In this document: positions 36,745-49,240 of the stretch, piece by piece
How positions within the stretch are numbered: the first letter of the stretch is position 1
How the letters are laid out: each line of letters begins with the position of its first letter
DNA from: Lama glama
Taxonomy: Eukaryota
Assembly (NCBI GenBank): GCA_028534125.1
Contig: CM052818.1
Location: forward strand, 47,866,001 to 47,930,000
Length of the DNA stretch: 64,000 nucleotides
Direction of reading: 5' to 3'
The notes under the pieces: model-generated
What the model was told of the DNA's origin: nothing
Seen by the model: the letters and a program-made list of their open reading frames with translations, nothing else
Databases searched by the model: none
Position numbers and translations under genes: made by a program

Positions 36745-37545
36745 CTTTTGTCACCATTATCTCCAGCCCAGAGCCAAGTTCTGCAAGTTTCACCATCAAG
36801 ATGAATCCCACATTCAAAATGTACCTCCACGACCCCTGCTACCAGCATCCTTGTCAAAGCCACCATCGTCTCCTGCTTGGTGGCTGCAGTGCCGGGGTAA
36901 CTGGTGTCCCTATTTTTATTTTGTTTCCACTCTTTCTCAGTCCCGACTGTCTGGACCCCATTTTCCTGGACGTATAAGATAAAATAATCGCTTTTCAAAT
37001 TCAAAGAACCATGCGACACCACTTTGATCCAAGCCCTCCAGAGGCTTCCTTGTAATTAGACTGAAAACAAAATGCTCCACTGTGGTCTGTGGACAGTCTG
37101 CCTCCTTGGCCACTCTCCGTCTCCCTCCTAGTCTCCTGATCAGACTCCAGGACCCCTCTGTGGGCCAAGCTTGTTAGCATCCCAGGCCTTTAGAGGATGT
37201 GCTCCTGGCCCGAGAAGGTCTGCATCTGCGTTTTCTTCCAGTTCTCAGACCTGACATGTCCATTGCCAAGAGGGCGCCCTTGACCTATGCGCCCGCCCCC
37301 ACTTCCCGGGTGAGCGAATGCGGTCTCCCCTGCAGAACTGTTACGCTTCCGTTTCTTTATTTCACTTGTCAACATGAGAAATGATCTTCTTGCTTTATTT
37401 TTGTATCAGTTAACTACTTGTTCTCCCACATAAGTGCCAGATCTGTTCACCCAGAATCCATGTCTGTCTTATTCACTGCGTGCCTTGGAGCCCTGCCTGC
37501 CACCAGGCTGGCTTTCACGCGCACGGGCGGATGAGCGAGCGAGGG
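36745..37545 (+). mobile_element. L2 LINE 3' portion
   Basis: CCTTGTCAAAGCCACCATCGTCTCCTGCTTGG...CCCTCCAGAGGCTTCC...TGTCTGTCTTATTCACTGC with a degenerate tail. Confidence 0.75.
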
Positions 37546-38284
37546 GAGGGGATAAAGTTGTAGAGCTGGGTGATCTCTGAGCGCCTGCGCAGCGCACACA
37601 CATGCACACACACACGCAGAGCTGTCATTTCTTCATTAAAATGAGAAGTTGTGTCTTCAGTTCGTTTCCTCCGTTCACACTGCTGCTGTGACAGCATCTA
37701 GAGGGGGTGCCTTCATCCCGCAGGATCCACTGACAGATTGGAGGGGGCATAGAGAAGAACACGGGATGATGGGACCAAAGAGGTTGATTTATGAGCCAAA
37801 TTACACATGCATCCAGCCTGCCTGGAGCGCTGAGAAGCCCAGGCGGGAGGTTCTGTGTAAATTTTGGGAAATGCCCAGTTAGGACAGAGATGAATTATTC
37901 AGCTCTGTGCTTGTGTCTGTCATTAGAGGCAGAACAGAGCCTGGGCTGTAGGCTGGGGACTTGTGCCCCGGGGACTGTCACGGCGGTCCTCGTATCACTG
38001 GACAGGGCATGGCACCAAGGAGAACATGAGGATCAGAGTGTGCTGCTACCAGCACTTCCTAATGAGGCCAGGACTCCGCAAGTCTTTGAAAAAGAGGAAG
38101 AACACTTTGGAAAAGTGTCATCACTCTCTCTGTTCATTCTAATTCTTTAGCAATCAGCTGGCTCAAATTCAAATATGTATGAAGCTCAAAGTCAGCACAC
38201 ACGGTCCCAAGTTTCGACTAAATGAAGTTTTTCAGGGGATGAAGTGTGAGTGGGTGTTTCTCTGCTTGTGACACACATGCACGG

Positions 38285-38778
38285 ATGTGTGCCATTGCTG
38301 CTGTAACACGTTACCACGGCCAGCAGCTCAACAACGCAGACTTGTTCCTTTAAATCCGTAGGGTAGAAACACAGCACGTCTCCCTGCGCTGAGACCAGTG
38401 GGTCGGCGGGACAATGTTCCTCTCCGGCTGGAGGTGAATGCTTTCCTCGCCTTTTCCAGCTGCTAGTGGCATCCCGAGTTCCTTGTCTGGTGGGACATCT
38501 TCAAAGCCACCAAGGTCGATCTTGCTTGCCTCTTCAGTGGTCTCATTTCCCTCGAGTTCCTCTCTTTGCCTCCCTCCTCCCCTTTGAAGAACCTTTGTGA
38601 TGACACCTGGCTCATTTGGGTAATTCAGGATGAATCTCCCCGTTTTCAGGTCAGCTGATGAGCACCCTGGGGTCCACCTGCCACCACCCTTCTGCTCGGC
38701 CCCCTCTCACAGCACGTTTGCAGGTTCTGAGAATTAGGACGTGGGCGTCTTTGGGCAGTGAATCTGCTGACCATGCAC
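38285..38778 (-). mobile_element. MLT1D-like MaLR solo LTR
   Basis: ATTGCTGCTGTAACACGTTACCAC...CCTTTTCCAGCTGCTAG...GGTAATTCAGGATGAATCTCCC...AGGTCAGCTGAT...CAGGTTCTGAGAATTAGGACGTGG. Confidence 0.82.
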
Positions 38779-40551
38779 ATTACAGGAGTCTGTGGAGACG
38801 GCGGGGTTAGGGGATAGAGGCTGAAGGGGGTTCTCCAAAGCCTGGCTCTTCCACCTTAAACCCATGTGGAGCGACACTCATACACCTTTATTTGACACCC
38901 ATGATGGAAGTACAAGACTATAAATAATGAAGTTCTGGTTTTGTCAACATTCCAAATCTGCAAGGCGATATTTAAACCTTGGTAGGGTTTAACGTTCTTC
39001 TTCCAGCTCATGGTAGGAGGGTATATTCCATAGCGAAAAGAAGATGGTGTGTTCCTGTGGCAGCAATCAGCTTTCTGCATATTTTATTTTGTTCTTGAGT
39101 CTGTTTGTTTCGATGAGAGGAGTTTCTAATAAGCCGTGTTTGATACGAATAGTGGAAGGGACAAATTCAACTTATCTTCTGCATTAAAGTTCTATATACG
39201 TGCTCTCTTGCCAACTGTATAAAGCCATTTAGGCACTTTCCTGGAGTAATCGATGAAATGAAATCTAAAAAAAAAAAAAAAAGAATTACGAAGATGTCTT
39301 TGTTCAGTTGCTGTAGGCAGATGACTTCTCTCACAGAAAAGAGAACATTCCTGGAAACAGATTTCATTAATTTCAAACAGCAAGTGCATGTATTTTTCAA
39401 AAGGGAAAAAAAAATAGCATTACTCACCCAAGCCAGCAACGCTACTGCACTAGGTTATTCATAAAACAGTGAATCTAGTTATTCCAATGAGCAGCACAAA
39501 ATCTAATATAAGGTATTATTGCCACTTAAGTTATAAAAGGGGGCATGTGGTATCATGTGTGGGAACTGTTTGAGGCTGTAAAATGTAAAATATCTGTTTC
39601 CTTTAAAAAAAAAAGCACTTTCAATGCATCTTAAGATTTCAGAAGAATAAAATGCAAAAATGGCTCGTACTTGAAGGCGAAAGTCCTCTGTTGACTAAAG
39701 ATGCTTTCATTTTTATTGCAATTGAGGTTCTTGCTTTTTTTTTGCTTTTTTTTTCTTTTTGGTAAACTTTTTTCCATCATAAGCTGATGCATGGATATAT
39801 TTATAGTTCAGTTTCATTTAACTATGTTCATTTGTACTGATCTGTGACAGATTTATATGATCATAGATTCTCGGTGTCACTGTTGTATTATTTATATTTC
39901 TATAAATTAAGGCCATTATTATCAAAGATGGCCCCTGACAATAGCGTGCGGTGGTTGGAAATAGCATTTAATATTTCCTTCGTCCTGATGAATTCTCTGT
40001 AGATTGCGCCCTGACGCGGGCTTAAAAATCATTGTCTTTGCTGAAGAAAGGGAGGTCTTGAGTAATAATAATAATAAGTCACTAATGAAAGGCAAAAAAC
40101 TTCAGGACTATTTGTAGACGCAGGTTTTTAATCTTCCTAATGATAGCGCGGATGAGACGCAGATGGGAGCGGTAACACAGGGCTGATCACACCCGCAGGC
40201 CGGGCTCCTCTCCCCGCCCTGCGGGCGATTAGCCTCCAGGACGGATCCACGTCATGCGCTTTAAACCTCCCGCTCATCTCCGTGTTGGAGGGGACATCGC
40301 CACCAAACGGCTTGCAGGCGAGGGTTTTATGACAGACGAGGTAGCCAAGGCCCTTTCTCTCCCCAGCACCGATGACGCAATCAAGCTTAATCGGTGACTT
40401 CAGCGTGAAACAGTTGATTTCTGGCGGTAGGACACTGAATTAATAATCATGCGCAGAGGACGGGCGTGAAAAAGACAAGGGGGAAACGGCGGCCTCAGAC
40501 TGTCTGAAAGGTCCCTTTACAGAACCAGCCAGGTTGTTCAGCTGCTTTTCT

Positions 40552-40860
40552 TTTAACTGAAGCAGGGTCGTTTTACAATGTTGCGTTAGTTTCTGGTGCA
40601 CGGCCTTGTGACGCAGTTATTCGTATATGTTCCTTCCATGTTCTTCTCCATTATAGGCCATGACAAGGTGTTGAATACAGTCCCCTGTGCTGCACAGTAG
40701 GACCTGGCTGTTTATCTGTTTTGTATACAGTGGTTAGTGTCTTCTAGTCCCCAGCTCCCAGTTTATCCCTCCCCGCCCCTCCCCCGCCCCTCTTCTCCCC
40801 CTCCCCCCCCAGTAACCTCAGGTTTACTTTCTGCATTCGTGAACCTGTTTCTGTTAAGTA
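40552..40860 (-). mobile_element. L1 3' end, artiodactyl type, with 13-bp TSD
   Basis: TTTACAATGTTGCGTTAGTTTCTGGTGCAC...TTGAATACAGTCCCCTGTGCTGCACAGTAGGACCT. TSD CAGCTGCTTTTCT at 40539-40551 and 40861-40873. Confidence 0.9.
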
Positions 40861-43234
40861 CAGCTGCTTTTCTATCGTGAAGTTGAGGGGCTTACATGCA
40901 GTGAATTAAATTAATATAGGGTAAATTCAGATTGCTATAATATATACATCTGCCGTCTGTCTGGCACGCAGTAACATAATGAGCATTTATTACGTGCAAG
41001 TTAGGATATTCGACTAAGTGGAAGAGTTAGACCCGCCAGCGTGGACTTGGAGCGGGTTTGCTGCTGGGCACTCACACGGTCGCACCCTAGGGCAGGGATC
41101 TCTCTGTGTTATCCGCGCTGTTTTTTCCTGTTCAGGTCAAGCTACCTGAGCAGCAGCTCATTAACAGTCGGCAGCGCTCTCTGGTATCAGCACAGAAACC
41201 ATCTCAACTCCAAAAATAAGGGGGGAAAGCAGTTTTATGCATTTAGTGTGCAGTAAAGTACCACAGACCATCAAGCGAGTCTCAGACCCAAGCGCCGTGC
41301 CCCACATGGGTCCAGCTGCTCAGAGTTGATGAAGCCAAGGTGATGCTGCCGCAGGTGCTGCTGGCTGAGTGGGTGTGAGGTGAGGGGACGGGGAACCTCG
41401 GGGCGGTGACATCAGAGGCAACTGCGTCTCATCCCAGTTCCACTGCCTGCGCCCTGTGGCCCGGGAACCCTATTTAGCTTCTCCAAGCCTCCCTCTTCTC
41501 ATTAGTGGTGTGGGGGCGGTGGTGGCCACCGGTGGAGGTCGAGGGGAGCACCCATGTGAGACCCCTCGTGCAGGCGCTCCCGCTCTCCGGAGACTCCCCT
41601 CCTCGCCCCATGACACTGCACCTGGAGAAGCTCTTGGACTGTGCAACAAAGGGGAACTATTAACTCACTGCAGTGGGCAGCAGCCAAGAGACAAGGGAGA
41701 CTCCAGCGCCACCAGACCGTCGCCCGCATCTCACCCTCACCTGGTCTCAGACGTGGTCGCAGACTTTGTCTTCTCAGGGGTGTCACCCAGGGGTTCCCCA
41801 AGCTCAGAATGGAAAGCCTGATAGAAGGGGCAGTCTGAGCGATGTCTGCCTCTAAAGGGGTTCAGAGTCTCACTTAGGAATTAAGAGAGGAACTGGAACC
41901 TGTGTTGAGATGTACTCATCGTGGAAATGCGGACTCGCCCGCTGAGGCTGGGAACTGACTGAAACGGTGGTGGGAGGCGTGAGAGCCTCCGGTGGTGCCC
42001 TCCGTTCTGGCCTCTCAGCTGCACTCAGTGCTTGTGCACCACAGAGACGGCCGTTTCGTGCAGATGAGCCTCCGTCTGAAGGGTTAAAATGCCTTGCGAA
42101 ATATTCCCTGTGGTTATCTCCCATCTCTAACTATAAAGTTTATTTTGCCTTATATTCGGCACAATTTAAGAGTTCCCTCCTTATTTGGTTGTGGGTCACA
42201 ATCTGTGAAGGTTTAACCCTCTAGGGGACACATTAGAATTTAGAAGCAGAAGTTAGTAGGAAAAGTGTAAAGATGTCGTGAACTTGCATTTAAGAATTAG
42301 CTTCAGAAAACTTAAAATACATCAAAAGTTAAAAGGTAACTTCTATGTATTTTAAGGGTCGCATTCTGTGGTATAGGCTGACCGTTGTGTAACGTTTCTG
42401 CTTAAGAATTTATCCATAAGAATAGCTGATGTGGAATTTGCATTATAATTATCCTCAAGGCGTCACGGATCCCTGCGGGTTAACTGGAAATGCAAAGAGC
42501 ACCTACTTAGCAAGGGCTTGGCGGCAAACCATCTGGCTTGCACCTATCTTGCTTAAAAATGTGATCTTGCAAAACACGTGCGCGATGTACTGTACCAGGC
42601 CACTGGGGAGGACAACCCGAGGTCCAGCCGAGGGTGCCGGGGTGATCTGGTGGGACGGATCTGATCATAGCACCCCTGCTGTACCACCTCGATTCTCTGT
42701 TTTAGACAGCTTCCAGTCGCGTCCTCACCAGGCATCCTGCTTGCTTCAGAAGCAGGCTTTGGACCGGATCCTGGGTGTCCATGGTGCATATTTTAACTAC
42801 TTCAGTTTTGCATGATTTCTTTTTATTTAATCATCAGTTTTCCTAAGAGCAGAGAGTCAAATAAGATACAAGAACTTTTCCCTTAGGAGAAAACGACCCG
42901 GTAGGCTCCTGAGATGTTTGTGTGAGACGGGCCTTAGAGCTGAGCCCCTGCAGGGCGCCCAGCCCCAGGGCAGACGCCACACCACAGGCTCACGGGGAGC
43001 CGTGGCGCCGGGATGTCACGTGTTGTGTGGGTGAGACCCTCCCCACTCGCACCAGGCATCAGGTCCCCAGATTTCACTGGGATTTCAAAGCCACCTATGA
43101 TCTGAAAAGTCTAAAAACCACTGATTCAAAACTTTGGACCTTTGGACACGGAGGCATTACGTGGATGCAGGACTGGGGTCTGTCACTGGCTTGTCACTGT
43201 GCCGTCATCCCGAGGACCTGTGCTCGAGTGTAGG

Positions 43235-43540
43235 GAGGTGGAGCCGTCCTTGCTCTGTCCCTCCACGTCAGCTGGTTCTGTTGGGCAAATTCACTGAAAA
43301 GCCCCAGCCCTCGTCTCCTTGCTCCATAAGTGAAGGTAGTAATGATGAGCCCCCTTTAAAGGGCTGTTCTGGGGATCAAAAATAGAGTGTGTATGAAAGC
43401 CGACCACAACGCGCTTCTAATTCTCAAGGAAAGATTTAGGAATCATCTCGGTTTTCAGCCCCCCTTTAGATATGAGGAAACCGCGGTCAGAGGCTGCATA
43501 GCCAGACCCCTCGCCCTCTGACTTCTGACTGCGGGCATTC
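43235..43540. mobile_element. Two MIR fragments (+ then -)
   Basis: TTGGGCAAATTCACT...GGGGATCAAAAATAGAGTGTGTATGAAAGC (+) and CCCCCTTTAGATATGAGGAAACCGCGG (-). Confidence 0.5.
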
Positions 43541-44019
43541 GCGGCCGCTCCCAGCTTCCCCTGATTACTTAATTCACTTCTGTTTCCTGAGAGCTTCCCT
43601 CGCTCACTTCATTAGGGAGCAGAGGAAGGATGCAGGCACACGGACCCTCTGTAACATGTGTTTTTCCTCTTATCTATTGACTCAACTCGCAGATAGCTCT
43701 GCCAGAAATGTCCAATGGCTCCTTTGTCTAAAGAAGATTTCATGTTGATCTTAATCTAATTAGCTGGCTTGAACTATGGTTTGTGTCAGGATCCCTGTCT
43801 TGATCCAATTAGCTACTGCAGCTGAAGCAGCGTGGATCTGAAATCATAATTGCGGGTGTGCGGGAGCCTTTCCCGCTGGGGTCGGTGGGCTGGATAGAGA
43901 CGTTTCTTAACACTGCAAACCACTGACGGCTTAACTATGTCTGCTAAGTTGGCTCCCAGTTCTAGAAATGCCGTTGGACTTGAAGCCAGAGGCACCCGTG
44001 GCCTCCCACCTGGCTCCCC

Positions 44020-44165
44020 ACTCTCTAGCCGTGTGCCCTGAGGCTAGCCAATCTCTTTAAACCTCATTTTCCTTATCTGCAAAATAGGCCTGGTTCTGAG
44101 GACCAAGTGGCGAGGTGGCTGCTACAGACGGAGCTCTAGCCTCGTGCCTGGCACGTGGTCGGCCG
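44020..44165 (+). mobile_element. MIR SINE
   Basis: CTAGCCGTGTGCCCTG...CCTCATTTTCCTTATCTGCAAAATAGG...GTGCCTGGCACGTGGT. Confidence 0.65.
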
Positions 44166-46884
44166 AACCTTCTTCTGACTCCTTTCCTCACTGGCATGTT
44201 CTCCTCCAGGTTTGGCTTCTCACCTCCCACCCCATCCTCCCCTGCCTTCTTCCTTCTTGCAGCTTTCAATCTCACACACCCTGAAACATACTCAGCAACC
44301 ACGGGCAGCGACGGCCACACAGGGCTGGACTCCCAGTAACATGTATGAGGACCGTCAAGGTGGGTGATGTTCCAGTCTGGGTGGAGTGAAAGCAAAGCCA
44401 GGGATTGTCTGGAGCCTGGACTTTGAAGAAACAGTAGAAAACATAAAGCCAAACGTGGGTGAGCTGATGAATCAGACTCAGCAGCTCCAGTGCGAGCAGG
44501 ACCCGTGGGGGTTGACGACGCAGCTCTGGGCCACTGGGTCCCCCCGCACCTTCCCCACGGGCATCATTCTCCCCGGGGAGAATTTTAGTGACTTGTAACT
44601 TGGTTGGCTGGACAACTATCCCTTATTCGTTGCCATACACAGGGAGCATTTTACCTCAACTCATGTTCTTTCTTCCTGCCCTACTGTTCTGGCCTCGGCC
44701 TAGAGCCTTGTGGTTAATTAATGGTGAGTGGTGACCTTTGAAATTCAGATTAGCCTTCCAGCATGTTGCCTTTATAGAGGCAGAGAAAGCTTTCTCTTTT
44801 TCTTTCTTTCTTCCTTTATTTTTATCTTTGCTGCTTTATCATCAGGTCTTGAAAAACAGCAGGTCGGCATTTATTTTCCAGCTTTGGTTTTGAAATGTGG
44901 TTTACTTTTCCAAGGAGCCCTGAAGGTTCTGTGTGTGTGTGTGTGTATGTGTGTGTGTAACCAGACCATGATGTTGTCCAACTGCAGGTTTTGAATTCTG
45001 GCAAGTTTGCTAACTGAGACCACATCTAGGAACTCATCATGGAAGCTCTCGCATTGAGAGAGCCCCGTCTTCTTCTTCTGTGAATATAGGAAGCCGTTAA
45101 TCATATGATTTTTAGGAAATACAAGTGTTACTGGTTAAGATCATAATTAGGGTAAACATTAGTATCACTTTCATTAACCACTCTTATCCTTACCCTAAGA
45201 TTAAAAAAAAAAAAGAAAAGTTTGGTGTAGTTGAATTTATGAGATATAATCAGCTGCTAAAAACATAATCAAAGACATACACATTGACATTTTAAAAATT
45301 GTTAGGCATTTTACACACTGACGTCTAAAATCTTCAGAGCTAGAAAAGTTGTAGAACTAAAATCAAAAGCAGGCAGAAAAAAAACACACAAACTAAAAGC
45401 ACAGGTATTCCAACATGCAGACTTGTCTTCTTTTCAGTAAGCTGTGTTACTTCTATTATGCCCACATATTGTCTACATGACTCATATGACATCTTCTAAA
45501 AAGCCTAATGTTAGTAGGGAGTCAAATTTTGGGAGGGAGGCACAGCTCACTTGCCTCAATGTACCTCCAATGCATTAGAAATCACCACCATTAGTACCTT
45601 TCTTTGCGTTAATGCCCTGTCTCCAGGGGGCCCCAGGTATACTAACACATTAGAACCCAAGGACCATCCAATTACGTAGGAGACTGGATCAAGACGGGAG
45701 ACAATACACATGGCCAACTCTCTCCCACTCTCCCACCCCAAACCTTTCAAAATAGCAAAAATGTGGTGTTTTAAAAATAATAGATTAGTGCTAAAAAGTA
45801 AGAAAGAATTGTCTTTCATTTTGGATTGCCCAGAAGTTTGAAGAACTCTACAAACTAAAAATCAGAAAGGGCTGGATTTACAGAGAAACAAGAGGCAGAA
45901 ACCACAGTCCAAAGCACACGGCATGTGACATTTAGCATGCCTTATTGCAAATGCTGTGATTACAAGTGCTCCGAGTGCTTCCCTGCAAGCTCCTGGTGTA
46001 GGCTGTGTGCTCACTTCCCGCTGTGCCCTCTCTCCATGTCTGAACCCCTTATCTGGTGCCTTAGGTAACGCAGTGCTCCAAACGCATCTTCACTTTTTGC
46101 TCAAAGTTGCCCTGAGGACTAGCTCAGTCCTCTCTCCCTGGAAACTAACACACTGAGTTTCCCCCCAGCTCATCCTAGGTCTACAAGGGTCTCCTCATAA
46201 GTCTGAACTTCCTACTCTTTACTTATCTGCCTTCTCCCTGGATTGGCTGCTAGAACTTTGGGTGTGGGATTTCCTTTGGAATCCAAGAGCTAATAAGGTG
46301 GGACAATACAGAGCGCCTGCCAAAGTGGGGTTAATCTCACCCCAAAACAGGTATCAATAAGCTTCTCCATTCTGCGAACGAGCTGATGTGTTCCTTTGAA
46401 TTCATGATCCTCAGTTAATTTTGCAAAGCGTGCTGCTGGTTTGTCCTTGGTCTGTGCTTGTGTACATCGTGTGGCGAGGCTGGTAACACACTGGCCAGAC
46501 GGAAGTCCACTGCTGCGCAGTGAACACTGGTCTGCTCTGCAAGCGCAAAGGCTAGAAGTCCCACGGATGGTTCCACATCAGTTCAGCCCCTCGTGGTCTC
46601 AGCCAGCTCCAAGTTCAAGCGCCCCCTTGCCTCGCACACGCCTGCGTAGCCAGCCCTGCCCATCTGTCCTGCACTGCTGTGCTCAGGGCGCTTCATCCCA
46701 GCCCACCATCTGGCCGTCATCCTAGATTCTTCTCTCTGCCGTCGTCCTCTCCTCAACCAGTCTCCACACGGCTGGGGCTTGGCTGAACTCCTTCCCCTTC
46801 CCCTGTCTACCAGCACCCTAGGTCAGAGCACACTTCTCCAACCATTTGAAAGCCAGTTAATGGTTTTTCTGCCTGAAATCTGAT

Positions 46885-47031
46885 TTGGGCAAGATGATTC
46901 TCCAGGACATTAGTCCCCCATCTCCTCGATCTGCTGGCTTTCTGAATAAAGTCGTTATTCCTTCCCCAAAACCTCATCCCTGATTTATTGGTCTGTCATG
47001 TGACATTCAGAATGAATCTGGACTCAGTACA
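46885..47031 (+). mobile_element. ERV LTR 3' (R/U5) fragment, ERV1/MER41-like artiodactyl type
   Basis: GGACATTAGTCCCCCATCTCCTCG...GGCTTTCTGAATAAAGTCG (AATAAA at 46945-46950)...GATTTATTGGTCTGTC...TGGACTCAGTACA, ending in an LTR-type CA. Confidence 0.7.
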
Positions 47032-49064
47032 TGCTTAGGGAAAATCCTTAACAGTTCATCCACATGATGAAGGCCAGTAAGTCTGATTGACCTTGAGTTA
47101 CTCTATGGTTAATGAGCTAAAAAAAAAAAAAAAAAGATAGGTAACAACAGACAAGAAGCTGGCCAGCCAGGAGAAAATACATGCTCCAACTCCTCACACA
47201 CAAGATCATTTCCCAGGGAATGTGGGAGCTAGCGCGGACAGGATGCTGTCCCTTCCCACTGACGGATTCCTCCCATAGGCAATAAATAATCTTTGCCAGG
47301 CATCTCGATAATATTTGAAGCATGTGGCATGTCATTATGCATATTGCCACTGGTCTCCAAGTGCCGGGATGGAAAGCGATGTGTAATTCCATTAATCAGG
47401 GATTTACTGGTGTCTGTGGTTTGGCGTCATTTATTATCTGAGCAGGGTTAGAACTGAGAAAAAGACATCTTTCCCATAATCAAAAAGCACTGAATTGAAG
47501 GCCAAGCTGTGCGTTGAACTACACCAGGGATGGGATGGGAGAGCTGAGTGAAAGAATACCTGTGATCTTTAGCTTAGGAACTGCCAGAGACCAGCATCAC
47601 TAACCCAGGTGACTGTATATAGAAGTTATCAATAATAAAACACACATTCTGAATACTGAATGCATTAGATAGCAATCCTGCATTCACGGTACGCTTTAAA
47701 GAGGCTCGCTTTGAAAGCCTGGGGGATGTCCTGTAAATATTTAATGGAGATGCAAAGGGTATATACCTGGCAGTTTCCTCTGCAGGGTCTGGCATGTCTC
47801 AAGTAGACAGGGTACCTCTGCACTTACTCCCTCGCTGGACTCTCAGAACAGCATAACAGTCCTCAGATACAGGCAGGGCGTAGATCATGGGACTCTGGAT
47901 CCCTTTTCTCAGATTATAAAAATAAAACCCTAGCAGCGGTTATTTGCCAAACCTGCGAAGAGTGGGTGATGGAGCTGTTTTGGGAACCATGACGTGTGTC
48001 TCTTCTCAGAGTACTTTTGCCGCCTCCGCAGGCTGCCTCCCACAAGGAGTAAGGTGCTCTCACGTACCTAGGTCAGCATGATGTCACAAAGGTCAGAGGT
48101 TTCTGAATTGTAGGGGATGCCCAGTGTGTTGTGGGGAGTGAGAAGCTTCAGGAAGGGTCCTCTTCCCGCTTCCACATGGAACCAACATGTCTCTGGCACC
48201 TCCAGGGATGGTCATTCTGGAACCTTAGAGATGCCATCCTTGTTGGGGATGCGGGTTACGGACATCACGGGAGTTAGCTGTGGAGAGAACGTCTCCTTCT
48301 AGGAGCCCAAGCATCCTCAGACACCAGTTTAAGGGAATCAGAGGTGGGAGAAGTAACATGGCAGCCAGATGTGGGCAATGGTGCGGAGAAAGGCCACAGC
48401 CCCTAGACGCTAGATTATAACTATGACTATTTTCTCAAGAGTCTGATGCAGGAGAGATGTGTGGAAAGTGCCACCAGCCGGAGCTAGGTGGTACTAAGTC
48501 TCCTGTTTAAACCCATCAATCTCCTTTCATACCTGAGCATCACAAAAGAGCTCGCCGCCACCACCCACCCCTTCCGGGAACTGCTTTCTAATCCAGAGGG
48601 AAAGAACTAAGCAAGCTTCAGAGAGGCAATTCAAAAGGAAGATCTGATGACACAAATATAAAAATAGATTAAATATATACTCAAAAACAAGGAATCTCAC
48701 AATAGTCAGGAAAACTAAGGGACATATGGTGTTAAAGGGTTGTATTTGTTCAAGAAGTAAGCCATTATGATTTTTTGGGGTGGAGGAAAACTTTATTTTG
48801 CCTTTCAAAATATGTAGCACAAAGTCTATTGATTCTGAAATTTTGATTTTCCCACTAGTAACTATTGGCAACAGACTAGAATTTTTGTTTTGCTTTGTTT
48901 TACACCCCTGATATGACTCCGTAAAACCTGAAGGTCCTTAGAGAGGGCTGTTCCAGGAGACAGCCTGGGAGTGCCTGCAGTGCAGCAACATAAAGTTTGG
49001 TTAATCATTGTTGCTATGATTTTATTTGTGCTGATATGAAGTAAGGTTTTGGACCAAAAATAGA

Positions 49065-49240
49065 CATGTACATGTATGTATATAAATATATACATATGTG
49101 TGTATGTTTATACACGCACAATATATAGTTTTATGTATCATTATATATATGCACATTAACACATACATGTATAAACTCACTTGGCTATATATTATACCTA
49201 TATATATTATATGTGTGATAAATATATGTTATACATTTGT
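49065..49240. repeat. (TA/TG)n low-complexity tract at the start of an AT-rich block
   Basis: Read directly. Confidence 0.75.
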
